From Lytechinus pictus (Eukaryota), in contig NC_087251.1 in the NCBI RefSeq assembly GCF_037042905.1, positions 44,702,001 to 44,766,000 on the forward strand: 64,000 nucleotides of DNA, read 5' to 3'. Positions within the stretch are counted from its first letter, which is position 1; the number at the start of each line of letters is the position of its first letter. A model generated the notes under the pieces. The model was given only the letters and a program-made list of their open reading frames with translations, did not search any database and was not told the DNA's origin. Of this stretch, positions 53,721-64,000 are shown piece by piece. The translations under genes were made by a program, and so were the position numbers.

Positions 53721-55621
53721 TTTCGTTGTTGTTCCCTTCGGCTTCCCTTGATAGCTGTCCAAGTAATTGAAGTGGTGGCGACGGAGATCGAGACGGCATA
53801 CAACTTTGCAAATACAAGGCAGGACAATCGGGTGGACAATCGTGCATATATATGCATTGACATGCACCGTGCATGCCGTACAAGCTACGCTGAAAATAAC
53901 ACTTCGCTACCCGGTACTAAAATACATATCCACAAAATTTATACACTTCACTATGCAGTGGTACCAATGAAAAGGCAAATTAAAAAAGAATCTATTTCTA
54001 CTGGTTCTGCCGGCCACGGAAATAAGGAATTCACCCAGGTTTGCTGAGTAGTGAGTTTATTAAAGGGATGGTCCAGGCTGGAGATATTTATATCTCAATA
54101 AATAGAGTAAAATTCACAAAACAAAATGCTTAAAATTTGATCAAAATTGGATAAACAAATAACGAAGTTATTGAATTTCCATTAATCGGGCTGATGATGT
54201 CATATCCCCACTTGTTAATTCTTTTGTCTACTCCCAGTTTCGGACAGGGGCCGCGGAACGGTTTTCAGAGTGGGAGAGGGGCTGACCATGCAAAAAATCA
54301 GAATTCTATGGTCATTTTTACGTTTTTTGTACACGATTTTGGAAAAAGTGGGGGGCTGAAGCCCCCCCCCCCCCTTCCGCGGCCCCTGTCGGAGGGGGTG
54401 CATGGTGGCCTCCCTTTATTTGATTTGGTATGGCCATATTGCAATTCGATGAAGATCATGTGATCCGTTTGGACCATGTGGATCATGACTTCGCGGATCC
54501 GTTTGGACCAATCAGATTACAGAACATTATTGGGAGTTGTATAATTCGGATGGATAAGAACCAATAAACTGTCATTAAATCTTTTGAAGACGAATTACAC
54601 ATTAACTCCTGTTCCTATTATATAAAGCTTTTCATCCGCCGACTCAAAGTATATCTTTGATCAATGAAATTCAAATCGTAAATAAAAAAGGTTTGTACAA
54701 TGAAAAAGAAAATATGCATTTCACGCATTATGTTGTTGTTTATTTCACTTTTTTTCTTCCTCTCTTATTCAAACTATGTAATTGAATATTAATGAATAAT
54801 TTGATTTGAGGGGGCCACAATTTACAAGCACAGCATCACAGTGGACTCCAGCATGTTATTTCCAGCTTCAAATATTTAGTGATCCATATTAAGTTTCAAA
54901 TGTACAATTAAAATGAATATATATATATACAATAAAACTGATATGAATTAGGTCTCAATGTTGTTGCCATAAAACGGGACAGTAGCGTACGCAGGATTTT
55001 TGAAAGGGGGGGGGGTTGAGCTAATGAGCTGAATAAAAAGTTGACAAGCAAAAAAAAAAAAAAAAAAAGGTTTCCATCAAAGATATGAGGTCGTTTCGTA
55101 TCCAAAAAAAATGACAAGCAAAAAAAAGGGGGGTCGCTACCTGTGCACCTTCCTGCATACAACTGAAGGCCGGTTCCAAACTCTGAGAAAAGTCTTGCGG
55201 TCTGCACAGGGCGTTATCAGTTCCCCCCCCCCCTCATCCCATATCCATCGGAAAATATCAATACACGATTTTTTTTTCAATGGAATTGTTGGTTATATAA
55301 TTATTTTATAATCAATTTATTCATTTTTACTGTCTTGCGCGGCCTTATATACCGATACAGGTATTGATTGGTTATTTCATTCACAAGTGTCACGAGATCA
55401 TGAATAGCCGTGCAAGTTTACGGCGTATACAAATGTACCGGCGCGGCCCATTTATGCAGCGATCACCAAAGTCATCTAAGATTTGAGAGGCTATCTGTAT
55501 TAACAACAAGTATTAACACTATTTTACAGAGAGAAATATCAATTCTTGTAACTTTCGTGAATTCCTTTTTCACCACTTTTTCTCTCCTTCACTTCCTGAG
55601 GCTGAGGACGATCCGCACACG
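53721..55621. promoter_or_regulatory. Divergent (head-to-head) FIBP / NPC2 upstream region
   Basis: The two start codons are 1.9 kb apart on opposite strands. CpG-richer patches lie at about 53720-53900 and 55330-55470. A reverse CCAAT (ATTGG) is at about 55366. Confidence 0.5.
54245..54388. mobile_element. 144-bp MITE with CAGGGG termini and a 5-bp TSD (hAT5-like)
   Basis: Perfect 14-bp TIR CAGGGGCCGCGGAA / TTCCGCGGCCCCTG. TCGGA is duplicated at 54240-54244 and 54389-54393. A decayed relative lies at about 4414-4559. Confidence 0.82.
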
Positions 55622-58600
55622 ATGACCAAGACAATCTTCACGTTTATTTGCATGGCATTTGCCTTTTTCTGTCTTCCCAAAGCAGAATCCAGGACCATTT
55701 CAATGTATGATTTGGAACCTGCAACTTTGATAAAATCGAGTTCAAAAAAGCTCGGCGGTCCTCCTATTTTCCACAATTGCAGTAAAGCGACAGGTGAGTA
55801 ACGTTACATCATTTGTACTATTGTATTTGTAGGCTTCACAGTATTCAAACTTAGTTAAAACTACCTAGGCCTAGGCCTAAGTTAAAATTGTTTTTGTTGA
55901 ACTTTATTAAACTAAACTTTTAAGTTATTCCTTTAACATGTTTAAACAAAAGACGGCTTAACTGCAGAATACCCCGACACTGCTCACTACCCAATCGTTG
56001 GTCAGCCAACACAACGATGTCAAGACCTATAGCTAATACTAATTCAATGGTATATAGCCTAGATATATCCATACTATTATATACGTACATGCATTACTGG
56101 TACTACTACTACTACTATACTACGTACGTACGTACGTATGACGGTACGTACGAGCAATGCATCCAGGCCATACGTAATGACCTTTGCCCTTTGACTACTA
56201 CTAGAGCTATAATTAAACATCGTTGGGTGCGCTGCTAGCCAACGACCCACGTTGTGACGGTACGGACGGTGCAATATTCAAAACATCGCTAACCAACGAT
56301 GTGACGGTGCCATGTAACATTTAAAACATCGTTGGCTAACCAACGACCCACGATGTGAAGGTGCAATAGTACAAGATTAATACACTCTTTTAAATTACCT
56401 ACTACTACTAGCTATTGCTATACATCGTTGGGTGCGCCGCTAGCCAACGACCAACGATGTGACCGTGCAATGCAACATTCAAAACATCGTTGGCAAGCGT
56501 TTCAAAGTATGGTTTCACAAAACAGTTTAATATATGCATATCCTGGTTAGTGAGGTGATCGATGTCATTCACTCTCTATTTCTTTTGTATTTTTTATACA
56601 TGAAATATTTTCATTTTTTCTTCATTAAAATATGAAATAAAGTTTTAATTCCCATTGAAGGAATTCAATGGGAATTGAATTCAATGGGAANNNNNNNNNN
56701 NNNNNNNNNNNNNNNNNNNNNNNNNNNNNNNNNNNNNNNNNNNNNNNNNNNNNNNNNNNNNNNNNNNNNNNNNNNNNNNNNNNNNNNNNNNNNNNNNNNN
56801 NNNNNNNNNNNNNNNNNNNNNNNNNNNNNNNNNNNNNNNNNNNNNNNNNNNNNNNNNNNNNNNNNNNNNNNNNNNNNNNNNNNNNNNNNNNNNNNNNNNN
56901 NNNNNNNNNNNNNNNNNNNNNNNNNNNNNNNNNNNNNNNNNNNNNNNNNNNNNCATCGCCGGCAATGTTGGCCTCTACAACAGGCATATTCACATCGTTG
57001 GCATCGCCGGCAATGTTGGCCTATGTAAGATACATTCACATCGTTGGCACTGTTGGCATCTACTACAGGCACCAACACATCGTTGGCATCGCGGGCGCTG
57101 TTGGTATATACATACTAAACATACGTTCACATCGTTGGCATCGCCGGCAAAGTTGGCCTATACTTACTAAAGATACATTCACATCGTTGGCATCGATGGC
57201 AAGGTTGGCCTGTACTACAGACACCAACACATCGTTGGCATCCTGGCCGGCGCTGTTGGCCTATACGTACTAAAGATACATTTACATTGTTGGCATCGTT
57301 GGCACTGTTGGCATCTACTACAGGCACCAACACATCGTTGGCATCGCGGGCGCTGTTGGCCTATACATACAAAAGATACATTCACATCGTTGGCATCGCG
57401 GGCAAGGTTGGCCTATACTACAGACACCAACACATCGTTGGCATCCTGGCCGGCGCTGTTGGCCTATACGTACTAAAGATACATTTACATTGTTGGCATC
57501 GTTGGCACTGTTGGCATCTACTACAGGCACCAACACATCGTTGGCATCGCGGGCGCTGTTGGCCTATACCTACTAAAGATACATTCACATCGTTGGCATC
57601 GAGGGCAATGTTAGCCTGTACTCTACAGTACAGACACCAACACATCGTTGGCATCGCGGGCAATGTTGGTCTACATAGGAAACTACAGATATGATCGCAT
57701 CGTTGGCATCGCGGGCACTGTTGGCATGTACTACAGACACCAACACATCGTTGCCATGGCGGGCAATGTTGGTTTACATAGGCAACTACAGATATGATCG
57801 CATCGTTGGCATCGAGGGCAATGTTGGCCTGTACTACAGACACCAACACATCGTTGGCATCGCGGGCAATGTTGGTCTACACATACTACGGAAATATACA
57901 CATCGTTGGCATCGCGGACACTGTTGGTCTACATACTACAGAATATAGATCGTTGGCATCGAGGGCAGTGTTGGCCTGTACCGACTACAGACACCAACAC
58001 ACCGCTACCATCGCGGACTGTGTTGGCCTACACGTACTACGAAAATATACACATCGTTGGCATCGCGGGCAATGTCGGCCTACATACTACAGATGCACAC
58101 AGATATATATATAGATCGTTGGCATCGCGGGCAGTGTTGGCCTGTACTACGGACACCAACGCACCGCTAGCATCGCGGACTGTGTTGGCCTATACGTACT
58201 ACGAAAATATACACATCGTTGGCATCGCGGACACTGTTGGTCTACATACTAATCGCGCGCGCTCGCATCGTTAGCGTTACAGTGCAGTACAGTCTGAACA
58301 CTTAGAATCTATTAAAAAAATACTTGTAAGTTGTAAATCATTCAATTATTTATTATAGCTGATTTTCTGATTTGATAGCTTAAGTACATCGTTGTGCGTT
58401 GGCTCTCCAACGATAAGGTAACGCAGTGTCCGGGTATTCTGCAGTTGTTCCCAAAAGACTAAAAAAAAGTAAAATAGGTGAGAACTTTTTTTCCAGAGTC
58501 AGAGAAAGAGAGGGGGGGGACTGCCTGTTTTGAGTGTCTAACTTTGTCATGATAATTGATAGTCATGATACCGGTACTATATGACAAAGTTAGAAACTCA

Positions 58601-61600
58601 GAACAGGCAGTCCCCCCCCCCCCCTCTCTCTGACTTACTCTACCTCATGACCAAAAGCTTCACGCCTTCAGTCTCTGTAGTGTTATGTTGGTTGTTCCAC
58701 TGAACTACGTTGGCTCCACTCACCAAATACAGAGACCGAAGTTCTAGCTCGATCTGTTTAGGGACTCAATGGCCATATCATGTTTATGTATGTTTTAAGT
58801 TCATATAAAACAGGGAAGTGAAGTTGCGCGACAGCCGAAGTAAGTCACTGTTTTTTCCCCGTTTTGGTGTATTTCAGGCCAAAACGGAATAATAATCTTT
58901 ATTTTAGTACAGTTCTTTTTATATATTTTTATGAAATAAAGACAAAAATCGATGAGCCCCGTCGGGGGAATTTTGCATTGTTAACCCCCTAATGGTGGCT
59001 GCACGATAGCTAGCCGTCTGTGTACGAGGAGAAATAAATTTTTTTTTTTTTTTTTAAACTCCTCAAAACAGACGGCTGCCAGCTGTCTACTCTACCTCTA
59101 GACCCCTATATGATAACGTGTTGTTACTCGTTAGACTCTAAGTCTAACCGTCTTTTCTGGGGATTTCTGACATTTTCTGAATTTTTCGAAATTGAAAGTA
59201 AATAGATCTAACGTTAGGCCTACAAAAGAATATTTTTCTTCACTCAAGGCTCAAGTACTTGAAGTAGGATTGGTCAATTAAAACAATGCTTTTTTCCTTC
59301 AAATATCTGGATTAAAAAAAAATGAAAATAACTGATTTCAATCGCTTCAATATCCAATTGAACATGTACATAATTTTGTCAAAAGTTTTTGGCAATTTTG
59401 ACTTCAAATCCACCAAAAACATCGGAAGAACTTTAAATCAACTATCATCAACTTCAAGTATTCTTATTGATTTAAAAAATATACGGTAAACAAAATCAAC
59501 TAGATCTATTCTATTAAAACAAAAAGTGATGCCTTTTTTTTAAATATTCGACAAACTTTTGAATACAGGTACTTAGTTGAATAGTTAGCAAAAATATTAC
59601 TATCCAATAGTTCACAGAATTTTTTGTTGTAAATTCCTCTCCACCATTGGAAGTTTATTCTTGGAACATGTTTTTTTTTTTATCCCAAACAACAGAAGAA
59701 TTGTAATACTGGAAATTTGGAATATAAACTGTCCAATAAGTGTGTAGGCCCACTGTAAACTCAATGATATATGTATGCATTGCATAATGCATGCAATGTG
59801 ATATCATTACATAGTCTATTAGTCTACTTCTTCTGTCGAAGTTCTGATATAAGCACTTTCCCGATTGCCCGGGACAAGTAAAAGTTAAAGTCGAGCAAGT
59901 GTTTTGAAGTATAGACCAAAACTCCTTGACTGAATTGGGCAAGCAAAATTCTCACAGTAGAATTACCAAAATTAGAGTCGGTATGATATACCGACCCTAA
60001 ATTTGGTCATGGCGGGCAAGATAAAATCATCTTGTAAATAGAAATGCAAGAACAAGGTACATCAGTTCATGTCAAAAGAGAGAAAAAAGGTGAATGGTTT
60101 CTAAAACCGTAATATTTTTTTTGAAGAGGTAAAACTTTTTTTTCAAGGACTTTTTCGGGCAAGTGAAATAGATTTTCCAACTACCTTAATTGTTTTTTTT
60201 TATTTAGCGAAACTTTAAAATGTCATAACTTTCCTGTTTTACATCCGATTTTGATGAAATTTTTAGTGTTGTGCTTGTTGGATTTTCTCTTTTTATTCAA
60301 ATGAACTTTTTGTTGGGGTGGACTTGTCCTTTAAACAAGCACTTTTCCTTTTAGAAAATCGCTACTTATGTTGGGACAATGATTTTTTTTTGTTAACAGG
60401 TAAATGAAAGCAAAATATTTTTTGTTCTTTACTTTTCATGTGAAAATTCATTGAATTCACCTTTTCAAAACAGAAGTCATGTTTTTTCTGTGAAGTGTGA
60501 ACATTCTCTTTTATAAAAATGGAATTTCCATTTCAGATCAAGTTTGAAAAGGAATTACAGGTTTTCAGAAACAGAAAAGGCTGCTTATTTTGAATGGAAA
60601 ATCACTGTCCTTAATAAATTCGCTCAGAATAACTTGTGATGATGAATAGCATGATCAGAATATGATTTCACTGTATATGCTTTTTTCTACAGATACATTT
60701 GAGCTGACGAGGGTTGCTGTTGGGGGATGTACTGCGCCACCCTGCCCTCTAATCAAAGGAAAAAATGTCTCGGTGGAGATTGACTTCATAGCTCGTAAGT
60801 AAAAGTGTATCTGTTCATAATATTTAAGTTTGCTTCATTTAATTTTGGTGTTTTGATGTGTTTTGAACTTGCCCCATTTTGGTGACATTTCCCAAATTTA
60901 GAAGTGCCCCTACCAGTCTCCAAATGGTCGTAAATGATATTAAATCTATTTTTTTTTTTTTAATATATCCTGACAACTAAAAATGGCATTAAATATGATG
61001 TATGGTAGGGTGAAGTGCTAACATCTTATGACTGAAAAATGTTTTACTTTTTAGGACATTCCAAATACAACCTGGGGAGTATTTCATGAAGCACATTGTT
61101 ATAAGCTACCAAAATCCTTGCATCTGATTGGCTCAGAGCAAATTTGTCAGTGGAAAATCACCAACCATATAATGGTTTGTGTAATGCTCCCAGATTTCAA
61201 GACAGACTTCTCCTCCTTAATTATATGAAAGAATGAACATTTCTCACTGATCATGTGTGTAAGATCTGTTGACCAGTTATGTTATTTATTAGATGTACAT
61301 GTATGTAGTATGTATCATAACATCCGAAATCAAATCTGAGGTGTGTGGCCAAATACATGTAGCAGACATGAAGGTTCTATTCTCCATTAGTAATCTGGTC
61401 AAATCAATTCAGGAGTAATTTTCTCGTTAATGTTATTATTTTATTGGTATGTGTGCAGAAATGGGACCTTCCTTCGTATACCCGGTATATGTAAGTGTAC
61501 AGTAGTGAAGAATGGGTATTTCTCATGTGTGCATTTTCTGTTGAACATTATGTTGTAGGTATTGCAACATCCCAAATCAAATCTGAGGTTTACGGCCAGA

Positions 61601-61734
61601 TAGCAGGCGTGAAGGTTCCGTTCCCCATCAGTAACAGCGATGCTTGCAATAGCTGTAATATCCAGTGCCCCACCGTAGTAGGACAATCGTACGCGTACAA
61701 ATACAGTCTAGAAGTTAAAGAGGAGTACCCTTCG
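55622..61734 (+). CDS. NPC2: NPC2-like (ML domain) sterol/lipid-binding protein; 3' partial (final coding exon not identified)
   Basis: Exons 55622-55793 (signal peptide MTKTIFTFICMAFAFFCLPKAES...FHNC), 60693-60794 (VAVGGCTAPPCPLIKGKNVSVEIDF) and 61559-61734 (VYGQIAGVKVPFPISNSDACNSCNIQCP...YPS). Phases 1,1,0 with GT-AG boundaries. Cys spacing and the VPFP and YPS motifs are typical of NPC2. Orthologue versus paralogue cannot be decided here. Confidence 0.88.
56691..56953. other. Assembly gap (N run)
   Basis: Run of N bases at the edge of a tandem array. Confidence 1.
56954..58250. repeat. Complex minisatellite with core CACATCGTTGGCATCG (units about 40-55 bp; local 203-bp higher-order period)
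   Basis: About 25 copies of the core. Near-identical ORF translations starting at 57333 and 57536 show the 203-bp period. Confidence 0.92.
58497..58634. repeat. Short palindromic element, arms about 55 bp
   Basis: GGGGACTGCCTGTTTTGAGTGTCTAACTTTGTCAT / ATGACAAAGTTAGAAACTCAGAACAGGCAGTCCCC. Confidence 0.8.
60206..60330. mobile_element. Terminal fragment of Kolobok-like MITE family A
   Basis: Ends GTTGGGGTGGACTTGTCCT|TTAA. Confidence 0.8.
61303..61395 (+). pseudogene. Decayed partial duplicate of NPC2 exon 3
   Basis: AACATCCGAAATCAAATCTGAGGTGTGTGGCCAAATA[CATGTA]GCAGACATGAAGGTTCTATTCTCCATTAGTAA aligns with 61567-61634. The acceptor AG has changed to AT. Confidence 0.8.
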
Positions 61735-61756
61735 GTAAGTATACACTGAACCTTAA

Positions 61757-62247
61757 AGGGAAAGTTCATCCTGAAGAAAAGTTTGTCGTAAAAATAGCAG
61801 AAAAAAATATTGGTAAAAGGTTTGAAGAAGATCCATGAAAGATTAAGAAAGTTATTAGAATTTCAAGTTTTGGATTTGTGACGTCATAAACAAGCAGCTG
61901 CCCCATATGTTATGTAATATAAAATGCATAAATTTCCTCTTTTTTTAATGGTAACTGATGACTTATTTTTGTTTTCTTTTGTTTAGAAATGGGTGGGAAA
62001 TTATTTGTCTATTGATATACTGAAGGTACAGTAAAAACCATTTTCAATTATCTGACAAAATGACATTTCATTTTCATTGATTTTTTGCCATATGGTATGT
62101 ACATGTAGGAAAGGTGCTCGCATATGACATCAAATCATTAAAATTTGAACAACTTTTTTATTCTTTGATGGATTTTTCTCAAAACCTTTGGCAATATTTT
62201 TTTTCTGCTATTTTAACAATCAACTTTGTGTCTGGGTGAACTTCCCT
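61757..62247. mobile_element. Kolobok-like MITE family B in NPC2 intron 3
   Basis: TTAA|AGGGAAAGTTCATCC ... GGGTGAACTTCCCT|TTAG. Confidence 0.78.
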
Positions 62248-64000
62248 TTAGACTGATCCAAGTCAGCATAGGAATTGCAAGAATGAAACAGGCGATTTCA
62301 CCCTCATGACAGTCAAAATCGCCCCTAAAATTTGCAAAATAAAATGCCGTAGGGGAACCACCTTTTCCCTAAAGTCTCCCCAAGATTGCCACAAACAATA
62401 TTCATGAACATTTAGAAAATCAATGTAATAATAATAAATATTTTACGTTTATATAGTACTTAATACCTTGTGTTTTTAAGGCCTAAGAATCCCTTTTTGG
62501 CACATTTGTTATCCTTTTTATATTAGTACTATGGTGTACATTTTCTTGTACTATTTATTGTAGTGTTTTCTTGCCAATGTGGTTTTTGCTATTTATCGAA
62601 ACAACAAAACAAATCATATGCTATCGAATGCATTCTTTTATCATTCCTCAGTTCTACATTGTACTCTGTTTGTGTTTTATTCGTGCAGGACTCTCTTGTA
62701 ACAAATTTTACCTCTAGAAAGACTATTTCATGTATAAAACCAGGATGAAATTGTAGGCCTCAATGAATGTTGTGATTTTTTTTCCTACATTTTTTGTTTG
62801 TTTTACCCCTAAAAATTTGATTTGGTCTTAAATGGTGGATTTTACAGTGTAAAATGACACTAAATTTCTTAAATACCTTTTTGTACTGTATTTCACCAGT
62901 CCAACGATGTCCACCGAAAAATCACCAGCTAGAAGCAATTACATTCTTGAATAGATGTATATATGCATATACCCTCGCCAAGTAGGTCCATGGTCCAAAG
63001 GACGGGATTCGTTGAATGTCCAGTTGTAGTAGGTCCATGCCCCCACTAACTACTTTGATGTTAATTTCTTCATCTGATTCATAGATGACACTGGCTGTGT
63101 TTTGGTACTTGGAGGGTCCAAATGGAGAAGAGCTGTGTATGGACGTTGCTGCCCAAATCAAGTCTGCATAGTCATCCAATACTAGTCCAGTTAGTATCAA
63201 TATTCTGACCCATTTCAATCTTAACCCACAATTTATCTCTTTTATTATTTTTTTTTTGGGGGGGGGGTAGTATCTATGTTTCCTTCAGTGGATCATATCG
63301 ACTTGGGTATGAGTCAGTATGATTAAAAATGATTGACAATGTAGTGTATTCTTTTAAATGATTAAAAGCTTAAGTGCCAGTCTACATCACTAATAACAAA
63401 TCTATGCTTATGATATTCAGAGTCCATCTGAACCGTGATTAAAATTCTGTTGTTGTTGTTGTGGATGATGATAGAGTGTAGATGTTCGATTTTCATCTGA
63501 GTTTTTAAGTAGCGTTCTGTACGTTTTCAATCATGTGGGATTTATGTTGCATCTAGCACTAAGACCAATTCAAGACAATCTTCCACCGTCAATGTCGTTT
63601 GCTATCAATATACCGTGCTAATCTCATTGATATATCTGCGTAATGTAAAATGTAATACACAAATATCAACATTGATAAGCAAGCATTTCAGGAAGGTCAG
63701 TCATGTTTTATCAAATAAAGACGTAAACTTACTTAAATGTTTAACATTCTGTAAGGGAACTATTACACTGTATATAATGAACTTGCATCTTTTATTGTTA
63801 TAATTGTGGATATTGTCATTATTATTTGGGGGGAATGTATTTGAAAATGTGTATGTAACTATTTATCAACTGCAAATAATTATACAATGTTTATTCTAGT
63901 AGAGCTTTATATCATGATGCTTGTTGAAGTACTTTTTTCTGTCTGTAGTGCAGAAATTGTTTGAGAAATTTTAATGTAGTGATCACTCAGGAGGATATTA

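Larger units (their letters stand above)
55955..58451. mobile_element. Non-autonomous TIR element with GG...CC termini and an 8-bp TSD, in NPC2 intron 1
   Basis: Imperfect TIRs of about 65 bp (AACTGCAGAATACCCCGACACTGC / GCAGTGTCCGGGTATTCTGCAGTT). CAAAAGAC is duplicated at 55947-55954 and 58452-58459. Confidence 0.82.

Noticed and set aside
53547-54047. 166-aa plus-strand ORF
   Set aside because: It is antisense to FIBP exon 1, begins in a (CAT)n microsatellite and has no recognisable domain.
55385-55402. CLEAR/E-box-like GTCACGAGAT upstream of NPC2
   Set aside because: It has a mismatch in the CACGTG core and occurs once, which is too weak to call.
56954-58250. CRISPR-like appearance (constant core with variable spacers) and multiple overlapping ORFs
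   Set aside because: The spacers recur periodically, there are no cas genes, the context is a eukaryotic intron, and the array lies within a TIR element. The ORFs are by-products of the repeat.
61459-61490. Possible 32-nt NPC2 micro-exon (CAG...GTAAGT)
   Set aside because: It would shift the frame and has a weak polypyrimidine tract; exons 2 and 3 join in frame without it.
62922-63218. 98-aa minus-strand ORF with moderately GC-rich sequence
   Set aside because: No recognisable homology or partner exons, so it cannot be supported without a database search.

Overview
AT-rich eukaryotic (animal) genomic DNA with GT-AG introns and two assembly gaps. The repeat landscape suggests an echinoderm such as a sea urchin (inference). 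Four protein-coding genes were reconstructed by hand from splice sites with consistent phases: an intronless ANKRD63-like gene (-, 4730-6322); UBXN1/SAKS1 (+, 11 exons, 24233-41992, 330 aa, with a C2H2 finger that human UBXN1 lacks); FIBP (-, 10 exons, 53720-47432, 364 aa); and an NPC2/ML-domain gene (+, from 55622, three exons seen, last exon unresolved) lying head-to-head with FIBP. Most of the remaining sequence is non-autonomous transposons (Kolobok-, hAT-, Harbinger- and Helentron/HINE-like elements, an RTE LINE remnant, SINEs) and satellites. The most notable observations are: a 2.5-kb TIR element with an 8-bp target-site duplication (TSD) carrying a higher-order satellite; a minimal hammerhead-ribozyme motif in a Penelope-like repeat; MITEs carrying RFX X-box plus CCAAT modules just upstream of the UBXN1 ATG; TACATGTA excision footprints demonstrable against uninterrupted copies; and a decayed partial duplicate of an NPC2 exon. 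No wholly new gene system can be supported from the sequence alone.
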